DNA of 61,797 nt, the filler included, from Sphacelaria rigidula (Eukaryota): NCBI GenBank assembly GCA_964200075.2. It is 6 parts of 6 records of this genome, joined end to end, with 100 filler letters (N's around TTAATTAATTAA, not from the genome) between each part and the next. Parts side by side here need not be neighbours in the genome. Positions count along the whole stretch, not along the records: positions 41,268 to 51,482 come from CAXNAA020006915.1; positions 51,583 to 61,797 come from CAXNAA020006916.1; 4 more parts are not named here. The stretch is one strand, 5' to 3'. The position numbers and the translations under genes were made by a program. Numbering within the stretch: the stretch's first letter is position 1; the number at the start of each line of letters is the position of its first letter. Positions 50,555-61,797 of the stretch are shown here, in pieces. The notes beneath the pieces are model-generated. The model saw only the letters and a program-made list of their open reading frames with translations, was not told the DNA's origin and did not search any database.

Positions 50555-51403
50555 GAATGTACCCATGATCTTGCATGCCGTAGTCATATGGCCATTGACC
50601 TCGCATCCCTGTAAATCCGGGACGGAGCACGCCGGGTTTCCCCCTGGCCAGGCTCGCAATCAATCACCAAGCACGAACCGCCGTGATGTGTTTTGCGAGT
50701 CGCTTGAAGAGTGAGCTGCATCCCACTGAGATCCCATATCCCGTTCCTTGGGGTGTGAGCCCGTCTTCCTCCCGGAACCTTTCGGGATCACCCGCCAAAG
50801 AGGATGATCGTGCTACGCAGAGTCTATATGATGAGACACCCATGACGCAGTGTAACCCATGGCTGTCTCTGGAAATGGCGATACCACAGAATAAAGCAAC
50901 TCATTGTAGGCTGTCATCCAAATGCAAGATAATCAGTAGGCTTCGGACCGACCAATCTCAGCAGGATGCAGCTCACCCTTCATGCAACTCGCGGACCACA
51001 TCACGGCGCTTCGCGCTTGATGATTGATTGCGAGCCTGGTCCGGCCAGAACTTATCGTGCTCGATCCCGGCTTTGTAGGGATGCGAGGTCAATATTCTTA
51101 TGACTGACACTTTCTACGATAGCCCCCACCCCCCCCCCAAAAAAGAAAAGAAAAGAAACAGTGCCAGGTTTGGGGAGACAAAAAAAATGGATAAAGCCAA
51201 GCACAACGAGCAGCTGGGAATCCCCACGCTTGGGTTCGTTCTCGCCAGTGTCACCCATATGAGGCGCTTCATGCAGCCTGAACCCAAACATCAGGCGCTG
51301 TATAACCATTTTTTTCGTGACACTTGTGGGCTGGTTTCTGGGGGGGGGCTATCGTACCAAGTGTCGACTACGACACGCAATATGATGAGTACCCCCACCC
51401 CCC
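50555..51403. mobile_element. Long-TIR non-autonomous element with G/C-tract ends, interrupted by a second MITE
   Basis: 50555-50722 is the reverse complement of about 50960-51105 joined to 51370-51395. Other fragments lie at 10145-10217, 41268-41345, 51415-51482, 51583-51745, 52600-52770 and 52950-53265. Confidence 0.75.
51106..51365. mobile_element. 260-bp MITE, GAC...GTC termini, 4-bp TSD (GACT)
   Basis: GACACTTTCTACGATAGCCCCC / GGGGGCTATCGTACCAAGTGTC with GACT on both sides. The internal sequence is an inverted homolog of 32319-32573. Confidence 0.85.
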
Positions 51404-51482
51404 CTGGCGATGCAGGGAGTAGGATGCGTGGTCAATGGTCAAACGACTATGGCAAGCATGATCATGAGTACACCCCCCCCCC

Positions 51483-51582
51483 NNNNNNNNNNNNNNNNNN
51501 NNNNNNNNNNNNNNNNNNNNNNNNNNTTAATTAATTAANNNNNNNNNNNNNNNNNNNNNNNNNNNNNNNNNNNNNNNNNNNN
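51483..51582. other. Artificial contig-joining spacer
   Basis: 44 N + TTAATTAATTAA + 44 N. Confidence 0.98.
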
Positions 51583-53449
51583 CACCCTTCATGCGACTCG
51601 CCGAGCGCACTACGGCGCTTCGCGCTTGGTGATTGCGTACGAGCCTGGTCCGGTGAAAACCCCGCGTGCTCCGTCCCGGATTAGTAGGGATGCGAAGTCA
51701 ATGGTCATATGACTATGGCATACATGATCATGAGTACACCCCCGGCCCCTTTACCCCATCATGATTCTCGCTGTTATTTCGAGGTTTCGATCAACATGTC
51801 CACCGAGTAGGCCGCTCGTGCATACAAGTACTTCGTAACCGCGTTCTCTGAAATGTGCTTGCTATTTTTGTGTACACCCGTGTCGGTTTTTCCGTCATGC
51901 ATTTCACCCCTCCGCCTGCCCGCCAGCGTGAGTCGTGTGCTCATCTGGATCGTACACAAAAATAATGTCAAGTAAAAGATGGCGCCCATTCCACAAAATG
52001 GTAAATATGTAGTAAAACCGTCGGGCCGCCAGGATGGGTCACCGTTTGACCAGCAGAGCGAGTCATCTGTTGAAAAGCCACAATTTTCACCAAGAGACGG
52101 ATGTTCAACCCACACCACCTGCCCCAGCCGGGAAAAGGCCAACCCTTCGCCAACGTACGATTAGAGTTCGGGATCTTCACTGTAGGACGAAGTCTATTAA
52201 AAATCTCAACTCACGAAAGTGGTGCGATGACGTACCAAGTCTCACTTTGGACTGGTTTGGGGTCAAATGATCGGCCCATCTCATCTCCAGGGTGGGCCGT
52301 TCATCTGTTACGCCGCCTGGATTTTCAACTGAAAATTGCCGAGCATGCGAGGAGCGTCATGTTTCACTTTTGTTGAAAACTACCGAGAAGTTCAGAGGAC
52401 AACTCACCCCGGTGGTTCAGCTGTCGACACAACAAGAAAGTTCGAAGGGCAATTATTGACTGTTCTCGATCATACAAAGGTGACATCATGACTTGTCCGT
52501 TAGGGCTGTTCGAGCCGATGTACTTGAGCTGCTAGTCTCTCCGATTTTCATCCCGATCACTTCACGTCCTCACCCCTCACCCCTCCCGTCCTTGCTCCGT
52601 CTCGAAAGGGATGCATGGTCAGTGGTAAAATTACTATGGCAAGCAACAAATGATTACTTTCCCCCCCCCCGCGCATCTAGGAGTAGGAACGGTGCTCCGT
52701 CTCGAAAGGGATGCGTGGTCAATGGTCAAACGACTGAGGCAAGCAACAGATGAGTACGCCCCCTCCCTCCTGCCTCACCCATTTGAGGGTTGGGGTCGGT
52801 TGGCAACGGCGATATAAAATATGTTCACTGCGTGAGCTAGGCGACCGGGGTACCGTTGTTCTTGCGGTAACCATGATCGTGGTCTGCGGCGTGAGAGAAC
52901 CTCGACGCCGCGCACAGGAGATTATTATACTACATCGTGTTTAAATGGCGAGACATCTATGAGGCAGTGTGTAAGCGGCGACTGTCTCTGAAAGTGGCGA
53001 TACCGGACAGTGAAGCCACTCATTGGAGGCTGTAATACATGAGCGAAGTAATTTTTACTCTTTGAGCCAAACAGTCATAACAAGATGCAGGTCACCCTTC
53101 GTGCGGCTCGCCAAACGCATCACGGCACTTCGCGCTTGGTGATTGATTGCGAGCCTGGTCCGGCGAGAACCCGGCGTGCTCCGTCCCGGCTTTGTAGGGA
53201 TACGAGGTCAATGGTCATATGACTACGGCATGTAAGATCATGAGCATACCCCCCTCCCCCCCCCTCCTCCCGCTCCCCGTGACCCCCCGGGTGAGGAGGT
53301 GTCTCACTATCAAATCATTTTTCGATCGAGAAAGTGCGGTGGAAAAGAATAGTTCTGGCCACATTCTTCCATCGAACAAAAGTTTGACAAGACACGACCC
53401 GAGGCCGTTCCGTATGGCGGATTAATATACAAATCCGCAAGAGTTACTT

Positions 53450-53840
53450 CTCGGGGATTCTACGTCGTTTTACGCCGTGAAGGAGAGCTAGGCGTATTCT
53501 GACGCCTACCTTGGAATGCCTTGTTCTACTCGTCGAGATGGTTCCAGCACACGTGTGCGTCTTTCCGGTGGTCGCAGATTTTTCCTTGCCCAAACTAACA
53601 TCTTTCTCGGGGACCGTTTTTTTTCTTGGAGATCGGTCGAGTCCAGAAGGAATGCCGAGATTCGTCTGAACTTGAACGGTCCCGGAGAAAATTGCGAGGT
53701 TGACCAAAGCATGAACTGCGATCACCGCAATAGCGAACGGGTGTGCTGTAACCGTCCCAACGAGTAGAGCAAGGCATTTCAAGCTGTCAACACCCGCCTA
53801 GCTCTCGGTTGATGTGTAAAGCGACGTGGAAGCTCCACAA
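53450..53840. mobile_element. Diverged relative of the 17.3-kb/56.5-kb foldback MITE family
   Basis: Shares the arm motifs CCTTGGAATG.CTTG.TCTACTCGTCGAGA and AACGAGTAGAGCAAG.CATT.CAAG..GTCAACACCCGCCTAGC in inverted arrangement. Confidence 0.6.
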
Positions 53841-54261
53841 AAGCACTGTTGCAAGTTTTTATTTTTGTCTACCCCCAGGAGCGGCCTGAATACTTTTCGA
53901 AGCAGCCAATGCAAAATACGAACATGCGCTCCTGCCACCTCCTATGCTTCTCTTTCCGCCCCCTTCTTAACAGTACCAAACTTTTGTGTCTTTTGTGTTT
54001 TGAACGTCCCTCCTCGCCGCTGCCCCATCCGTATCGCCTCAACTGCGATGGGGCCGTTTGATGTATACGACTACATATCGACCATAACTTCGAGACTCCG
54101 GTCGAGAGAACCAACGCCGAAGGCATTCTCGATCTCTCTCCAACGAACAACACTACGTGTACCGAAGCTTGTCGAGGTTCCTTCGCCCGCCTGCTCCCCA
54201 TCTGACGCCTCCGGTCTGTTGTGCTGCGCATGCTGTAAACGAAACCACTACATGATCGTAG

Positions 54262-54462
54262 GTGGAGGCAGACCGCGGCGAAGATCTAGGCACAGTGTGC
54301 CGCAGCCTGCCGCTATCCGAGTATCTCACGGCGCTGCACGAAGAAAAGTTGGCCAAGGCTGCCAAGATTGCCGAGAACGGCGGAGGTGGAGGGGGCAAGG
54401 GCGGCGGCGGGGCCCAGGGCGAGGGCGGGAAGAAGAAGCGTTGCAAGGCAAAGAAGAACGAG
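54262..54462 (+). CDS. Internal exon of a PSP1/YaaT(RicT)-domain protein
   Basis: TAG acceptor and GAG|GTGGGT donor, 67 codons beginning VEADRGEDLGTV, the motif that precedes the PSP1 C-terminal domain. Other exons were not recognised. Confidence 0.7.
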
Positions 54463-55136
54463 GTGGGTGGTATTTGACAATATCCCTGGTGAAGGTATCT
54501 CAAACTCTTGCCTTGGAACGAGTAGCGCAAGTCATTCCAAGGTATCTAAAACTCTTGCAAGTCATTCCAATATCCCTGGTGAAGGTATTTGTCCATAAGT
54601 TGGTGTGAGATATACCAGGAATCTCGAGTTGAGATACCTCTACAATAGCAAGCATCTGCGGCTGGTCCAGATAACTGCCGGCCACGTACCACTGGTGAAC
54701 CCCGAGCGGATAATTGGCATACTGCGAATAGTGACTGCTGTGCTGGCGTAAGTCAGGGCTTGGGGGACGGCTGAGTACAATACAAGCAGTGTCGCGTCGA
54801 CGGTGATGACGCTTGCGAAGCGGAGAGGGGCTATGGTTGGGTAATACAGCCGCCACGGGTTACCGGGATTGAGAGAGGTCACCCCAGCCGACCGTGATAT
54901 GGCTGTTTTTGTTCTGAGCGGTTGCCTGACGCTCGAGGAGTTCACCCTTTCGGTTGCGATTTAGTGGTGATTTTTTGGGTTCATGTGGGCCAGTGCATCA
55001 CTTCCTTGGGCACTACACATTGCAGGTGCCTCGTGGCCGAGGGATCGAAGATCGAACGGTCAAGCTTGTTTTATTACTAGAAGGCCACGTGTCGAACGAC
55101 TCCTCAGTCATGATATCTGACTTCCACAGGCGCCGT

Positions 55137-55933
55137 AGGTAAGGTAGGTACCCGGTACCGGTATTGGGGACATGTCATACCCTACCGATACTGGTCCAAT
55201 TCGGTATTTTCAAATGTCATACCTATGATACCTACGATACCAGGGTATTTCGAGATTTCAGTACCTACCGTACCCGCCCAATCCGGTATTTTGAAATGTC
55301 ATACCTACGGTACCAGGGTATTTCGAGATTTCGATACCTACCGTACCCGCCCAATCCGGTATTTTGATTTGTCATATCTACGACACCTACGCATACCACG
55401 GCATGGGATACCCCGGTAAATACCGGGGGTACGCTCGGTACGGTACCTTCTCACCTGCGGTGCCTGTGAAAGATCTGAAACGCTTCGCGCTGCTAGATGG
55501 CAGTTTTGAATTCGGTATAGAGGGTAAGGCAGGTACCCGGTACCGGCATTCGGGACATCTCATAGCCTACCGATACCGACCCAATCTGGTATTTTCGAAA
55601 CTCATACCTACGATACCACGGTATTTCGAAATTTGAATACCGTACCTGCCAAATCCGGTATTTTTGAACGTCATACCTACAATACTTACGATACCACGGT
55701 ATTTCGAGATTTCAGTACCTACCGTACCCGCCCATTCCGGTATTTTGAAATGTCATACCTACGATACCTACGGTACCAGGGTGTTTCGAGATTCCAATAC
55801 CTACCGTACCCGCCCAATTCGGTATTTTGAAATGTCATACCTACGATAGATACCTACGCATACCACGGTATGGGGTACCCCGGTATTTACCGGTAAATAC
55901 CGGGGGTACGCTTGGTACGGTACCCTACCTACT
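55137..55933. repeat. Two copies of a GGTACC-rich element with internal tandem subrepeats
   Basis: Copies at about 55137-55457 and 55521-55933 both start GGTAAGG(T/C)AGGTACCCGGTACCGG and end GGTACGGTACC. Internal unit is GGTATTTCGAGATTTC..TACCTACCGTACCCGCCCAAT.CGGTATTTTGAAATGTCATACCTACG. Confidence 0.8.
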
Positions 55934-56202
55934 GTTCCTGTGCTGACTTCTACGAAAAGTTTCGGAAAGGGCGGGGCGACTCAGAGTCGACTCCCACGAC
56001 TAGAGTCGGGAAAAGAGGGTACAGTCGGTTTCTACGACTAAGTTTGGGAAAATTGGCCTACCCAGACTCAACCCTAACGGCTCTTTTGGGAAAAATGATT
56101 ACTAATTTAACGACCATGAATCCCCGACTCAGACAGCTTCTTATTTATTTATTTTTCTGCTGCTGCTGCTGCATTTTTCAATTTCGGGCGATCCACTTTT
56201 TA

Positions 56203-56956
56203 GACCGGCTCCAATGGTAGCCGCTCAGATTTTAGTTTTCAACAATTCTGAACGGGTGGTCACAAAAACGATGTTTATGGAACAAAATCGTCAAGATTTA
56301 GGCCAACTTTTACGGGAGCGTTTGAAATGTTATTTTGCAACAATTTCAGAGTTTTTTTTTTTCTTTGGCATCATGGTGAACGGGCACAAGATACACAACT
56401 ACGGCAAAGGAAAAAAACGTCGTTTAAAATTATTGCAAAATAAAATTCTAAACGCTCCCATAAGAGTTGGCCTTAGACCGACTTTAATGAGAGCCGTTTA
56501 AAATTCCTGTTTTAAACTGCATTTTCGGCTCTTCTACGTCGTTTTTCGCCTGAAAAAAGGGCCGGGCGGATATTGACGCCTTGGAATGATTTGCTCTACT
56601 CATTGAGACCGTTCCAGGGCAACTGTGCATTTCCCGCTGGCCGCACTTCCATTTTTGGTAGAACACGGATTTTCAATAGAGAACGATCAAGCGATCAAAA
56701 TACTGGGAGAAATTTTGATCACCTGACTGACCGTTTTTTACTGAAAAGTCGTGTTTGGGCTGATTTGGTCAAGAACAAAATTGCGGCCAGCGGCAAATGC
56801 AAAGCTGCCCTAGAACGGTCTCAACGAGTACAATAGAGCAAGTCATTCCAAGGCGTCAACACCCGCCTAGCCCTCTTTTCGAGCGTAAATCGACGGAGAA
56901 GGGCCCACAAGGCAGTTTTCGACAGGAATTTTGAACGGCTCCCATTAGAGTTGGCC
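56203..56956. mobile_element. Two abutting PIF/Harbinger (Tourist)-like MITEs: 56203-56472 and 56476-56956
   Basis: TTA at 56200-56202, 56473-56475 and 56957-56959. Termini are GACCG(G/A)CT..AATG..AGCCG and GCTCCCAT(A/T)AGAGTTGGCC. The second element is the 17.3-kb family. Confidence 0.85.
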
Positions 56957-57841
56957 TTAGCGACCCCCGAAATTCTGAACTGAACAAAAAATTGCTAAAT
57001 TCCGGCCAAGCGCTCAGAATTTGGGGACGATTCGAAACGCTTCGAGAACCTGTTCAGAATTTAGAATTTATCACAAGAAGTGAAATGTGAGATGTATGCC
57101 ATGTTAGGCTGTACTACGGCACACACAGACTGAGCGCTTGTCACTACACAATCGTGTGTTGAACCTCGCCAAAACTGTCTAGTCTCTGCTGGAATTATCT
57201 GACCTGCTGTCCTGCTATTGTGTTACGAACAAGTGCTGTCGGCAGGCAAGTACTGTCGTGTCGAAGTTGAAAATGCTCTACAACACTACTGTGTTTGTTG
57301 GATGTTGCGTCTTTCGCAACGAACAAGGTCGTCGATACGCTGAGTCGAGCCAGCATTCCTTTCCTGTAGCTGACAAGTAGTGTGGTGCCCTGCGAAGACA
57401 GTTTGATCTGCGCTGAGGATTGCCTGAATTGTGTCCCGGTCAGTACACAAGTCTTGACCCTGCCGATAGCGCCACCATCACGGTGTGTTGGATGCGGTGT
57501 GTCGTTTTTTTTTGTAAAACCAACAATGGAATTTGTGCCCAAATCCATCATTCGCAATAACTCCAACTTTATGCCATAGTGGTGTGTATTTTGGTCCCCG
57601 TTCAGAATCGTGGCGGAAGAAAAACACGTTTAAATCTCGAAAAATCTTTTTTTGAACGGCTCCCATTAGAGTTGGCCTCATTACAATGTTTTGACGTCGA
57701 AAACGCGCGGTAAAATCCAGTTCGCCCATTTATTTTCTCAAATTGTTGAGGGCATGAATGCTGTGGACGTAACAGCGGGTACGAGCGAATTCGATTCCAC
57801 CGCACGTTTTCGAGTCGAAAACGATCGGATAAGACACGACC

Positions 57842-58200
57842 TTAGCTCCCCAAAAGGGAATATCCTCATCACATTTCTTGGACACTTCGCATCACCCGAC
57901 CGAGAGGGGTCTAGCCCACTCTTCCTTTTCATTTGACTCCAAGGTTTCGAGAATGGCCTTGGAACATGAAATTCAGCTGGACATCAAAAACTGTGAGCAC
58001 GATGCAGAGAAAAACGAAAAATCACAACAGAAACATGCAGATGCCGTATTTTCTCACGTCCAGCCGGGTTTTGTGCAAAGGGCACGTTATCGAATCCTCG
58101 GAGCGACACGAATCGGAGAAGTGGACTAGACCCCTCGTGGTGGGGTGATGCGAAAGTGTCCAAGATATGTAATGGCGATATTCCCTGTCTGGGAGGCCAA
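57842..58200. mobile_element. Foldback/MITE-like element with ~70-80-bp imperfect TIRs
   Basis: GGGAATATC..TCTTGGACACTTCGCATCACCC..GAGGGGTCTAG.CCACT pairs with AGTGGACTAGACCCCTC..GGGTGATGCGAAAGTGTCCAAGA..GATATTCCC. Confidence 0.75.
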
Positions 58201-58233
58201 AATCTGGATTCAATGTCCCCCCCCCACCGCTCT

Positions 58234-58590
58234 GCCCCGGTGGCTCAGTTGGTAACCTCGAAACCTGCTGACGGTCGGCTTATGGGTTCGAATCTCAGAG
58301 CGATCTGGGTTTTTTTGTCATGTCCAACAGAGGAGAGCGACTATGTCGTGGTTACACAAACTTCGACTTCACGGTCGACGAGGAAAAGGGAATGCCGAAC
58401 CACTCTCGCGATAAATAATAAAAGGCAAGCACCGCAGAAAGAAGGTGGAGTACCAAAACAAGACGAGGAAGAAAATACTCCTGTGTTGGCCTTCTTCCTG
58501 TGTGACCCCGGCTAGTGCGCCTACATGTACCGAAAGGTGTAGACCGGCGTCCAGAATAGATGGGACGACAATACACAACACACAACACGC
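58234..58590 (+). mobile_element. tRNA-derived SINE
   Basis: Head GCCCCGG, A box TGGCTCAGTTGG (58241-58252) and B box GGTTCGAATC (58285-58294). No 3' acceptor stem partner. Unique body followed by an (ACACA)n-like tail. Confidence 0.65.
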
Positions 58591-61500
58591 AACGGTGTCC
58601 CAAAACTGAAATATCTAGCCAAATATATACCGTTGTGCAAATATTGTATGGGACATGGATTTCATACGTGGGTTCGCGGGCGTGCAATCAACCAGCCTTG
58701 TAGAAGCCAGTACGGTCCAGTGCAAGACATCGGGAGGGACAGTTGAGGATCCGGAGCCAGTACGGTTCAGCAACAGTACCGGTTCTGAGCCGGCACATAT
58801 AGCCAGTGTGGTTCAGCCGACCCAGAATTCACGGCTCCGTAGCTCCATGTTGAACGCCCCATAGTTGGGGTACAGGGCTGAGGTGCTGTTCACCAAGCCA
58901 GAGGTGACTTCCGAAGTAGTTTCAAATGCGCAGCGATGCAGTGACACATGCGAATCGGTCGTCTGCTCAGCCTATCAAGATCTCTCGTGATAATTGCCTT
59001 GCGGCGCTATGAGTGGCGCACGGGCAGGAAGCGCGCCAGAGCCACGCAAGACACCTCGCAAGTCCTCGCAAGTGCACGAAAACAATGACGGTAAGAAATG
59101 GTGTCAAAGTCGTAATAGTCAGATAACGTGTGACCTAACGAAAAACAAAAAATGGAAACGTGATCATTTTTAGGAAGTCGGTTGTCGGATACAGACTCTG
59201 CACTTGCTGAGGGATCCTACGGTAGAGGTGTACTTTCAAGTCCGAACGTTTTATGAGGCTGCACACGATGGCTCAGATGTTTTGTCATTCAGAGGCTACG
59301 ACAGTGTAAGGCGTCACATGCGCATGACTACCGTAGAATCATTCTGCTGGCAACTCCTGGATGACCCTGGATTGTCAACCCACGAAATTGTTTCGAGGCG
59401 GAGCTCACATTCGAATAGTTTGAAATAATCAATCAGATCTAGAAAATACCCGCATCCCAGTACAGTATAATGTGACTTGTTTGTTGTAAAAAGCCCTCCT
59501 ATCTTCTTTTTTTTTGCCGTGTGGTCTGAAGTATCGCCGAAATTCACCACTTGCGTAACCCTAACAAGACCTCGTGAGGTGCACCGTGTCCAGCTCGAGG
59601 GAGTCGGCCGATTTTGATTTTACAGAACAAGTCATGCTGTGAAGAACGACTCCCAGTCCGGGCAGGTCGAGGCCTTGGCTATCCCATGACATGGTGGGTG
59701 CCCCTGCCCACGTTTGCGCCACAACGTTCCGCCGATAATAAAGATTGCGATATCCCGTGTCGATTTCAATAACATGACGAACCAAGCTACTGTTGTCGTG
59801 TTTTCAGGAGGCTTTGTGGCTTGTGTACCGCAAAAACCGGGAAATATGTGCACATCGCCCAAGCCGCCATCGTGTTGAACTTCGAATCGCTCTTGCGTTC
59901 AACGTGGGAGAGCCTGAGTTGCTGTAGTTATTTTCGTCTCCGTATTTGATCCGTGAAAGTTTATTTGAAGAGAAGACATGATTTACTGTGCCCACCACTC
60001 CGCCGAGACGAGGAGGACAGACGAGTAAAATACGGCGGTCATATGGTGTTGATACGCATCGCGATCAGGGTCGCTCTGTGTATCTCCGCGGGTGCTGCGA
60101 ACCGAACTCACGAATTAACTGGCATCGCCACGAGTTGTTTTGCTTTGTTGTCTCCGTCTCCGTTTTCCCTTCCCTGTTTTTTTTTTTATCTTGGATCGAA
60201 TCGAATCGAAATTGGTGAGCGTCGCATCAACTGCCGCAGCTTGCTGTGCATACTTCGTCGTAATGTTCCCCTCGAGTGTGCATGCGTATGTGTGTCTGTC
60301 TGTGTGCGTTTTCATCCCCGTGTACTGAATAGTCCGTCGCATGGCCCGGCCAAAACAATGGATCACGGAGAAGACCATATATACACGCCCCATCTTGTTT
60401 TGAACGAGGGCATCAGCACAGACAGTATGACAATACAGAAAAATCGTTATCGTTTTTCCTAGTGACGATGTCACCGCCCCTGCAGAACGCCGGGTGTCAT
60501 TCTACGGTTTTGTTTTCAGTCTCGGATGAAGAGGACGGGGGCAAAGCCTCTGTGGTTTTGCCATTTAAGTAGCAGCGATGTACCATCTGGGTGACGGTGG
60601 CGGAGTTTCACTTCCCCGCCCCCATTCCTCCATTTGCAAGAAACGGGTTAGACGAATACCAGATTGGTGGGTTCAAATTAGGGTCTCGTGAGAGAGGGGA
60701 CTTGTGAGAACATGACGTGGTTTTGTGCAGATACGCCGTATGCCAAAACATTGTGCGCAGGACTATTCCTCGTATGCTTCCAAGTCTCGACTAAATATTG
60801 TTCTACAACACAGGGTGCAGCTGCTATGTGAGAGGCGTGCAATCCTGTATTTGTCACGTGGCAAGCAGTATTTACATTTGTACCGGGGAAGATTACCCCC
60901 CCCCCCCATGCTTCCATCCCTGTGGTTCAAGCCGCTAAACTAAACGTCATGTCTCCTCGAAGAGTTTCAGCGAACCGGACCCTTGAGCGCCGTGGAGCCT
61001 TTTGTCTAACACACGGCATGAGGGAACTGTATCGCGGGAGGGTTGTCACACACAATGTCCTGTGGCCTACCACAGAGGGCGGCGTGCCTGAGTCTCCGTA
61101 CATGATGGTATAAGCGACTTTTTTGTGTGTCCCGCTCTGTGGGCCTGACGTCTGTATCTACACAAGTACATAAATATCAAGGTTGTGTGCTGATTTGATA
61201 GGGTATACTCGTAAGAAGGGTATTTTCGGGTGGTATCCCACTCCATACCGAAACTTGTATAGAAAATCCCGGTATGATTCGACAGGGTGTCGAGCCCTGT
61301 CCCGAACACTCCAGTACGGTGTGGAAGGGGTGTTCGCCGATAAATGACCTCTTTTTGTACGTCTGAATTATACCCGAATTTCAGTCGGAGTATCGTAGAG
61401 AACGCAACTTCGTATTAATAGTTGGACGTTAGCTGTAAGCTTGGCGTCCGTTGGGCCTGCGCTTGGAGATTCCTGCGAAGTAGGTGTTGTTGGTGCAACG

Positions 61501-61797
61501 CAGGCACGAAACTTGAAAAAAAAAAGCGGGAGGTTTTAGGCCGAAAAGGTCGCTGCCACGCACCTTACGCACGCCCCACTTCTCGGTGTCGGAGATCAGC
61601 GGTACATTATTGCGTGAAGGGAGAGGAGGTTCATGTTAATGTGTCATGGGAAGTGATCGCGACAACTTATGCATATGCGGTCATGATGCATGTTGTGTAC
61701 TGAAGATATTCAAGCCCTCACCCGCGGGCTAGATGTGTTGCGTAAGGCTCTTGTCGTTTCTAGTGGCAGGCGCCGCCCCCCCCCCCCCCCCCCCCCC

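Noticed and set aside
58234..58305. Functional tRNA gene
   Set aside because: The 5' GCCCCGG has no complementary 3' acceptor strand, and the D and anticodon arms do not pair properly.
58705..58816. CRISPR array
   Set aside because: Only three 16-bp non-palindromic repeats, eukaryotic context, no cas genes.

Overview
Eukaryotic nuclear DNA, most likely from a brown alga (Phaeophyceae). That assignment is inferred from the long-intron gene structure, an EsV-1-7-like Cys motif and the transposon landscape. The window is not contiguous: it is six contigs of 10217, 10217, 10217, 10216, 10215 and 10215 bp, in non-increasing length order, joined by artificial 100-nt spacers (44N-TTAATTAATTAA-44N). 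Recognisable host genes: the last exon of an MCM-binding protein, an intronless mitochondrial ornithine/basic amino-acid-type carrier, a divergent orphan gene, three exons of an S8 subtilisin, seven exons of a BIG/Sec7 ARF-GEF (with a probable GC-AG intron), one exon of a PSP1-domain protein and one EsV-1-7-like exon. Most of the remainder is mobile DNA: a near full-length Ty1/copia element with discordant LTRs, a decayed second copia carrying four nested insertions, several MITE families (TA, TTA, 3-bp and 4-bp target duplications), a tRNA-derived SINE and simple repeats. I found no convincing novel multi-gene system. The most unusual signals are at the transposon level.
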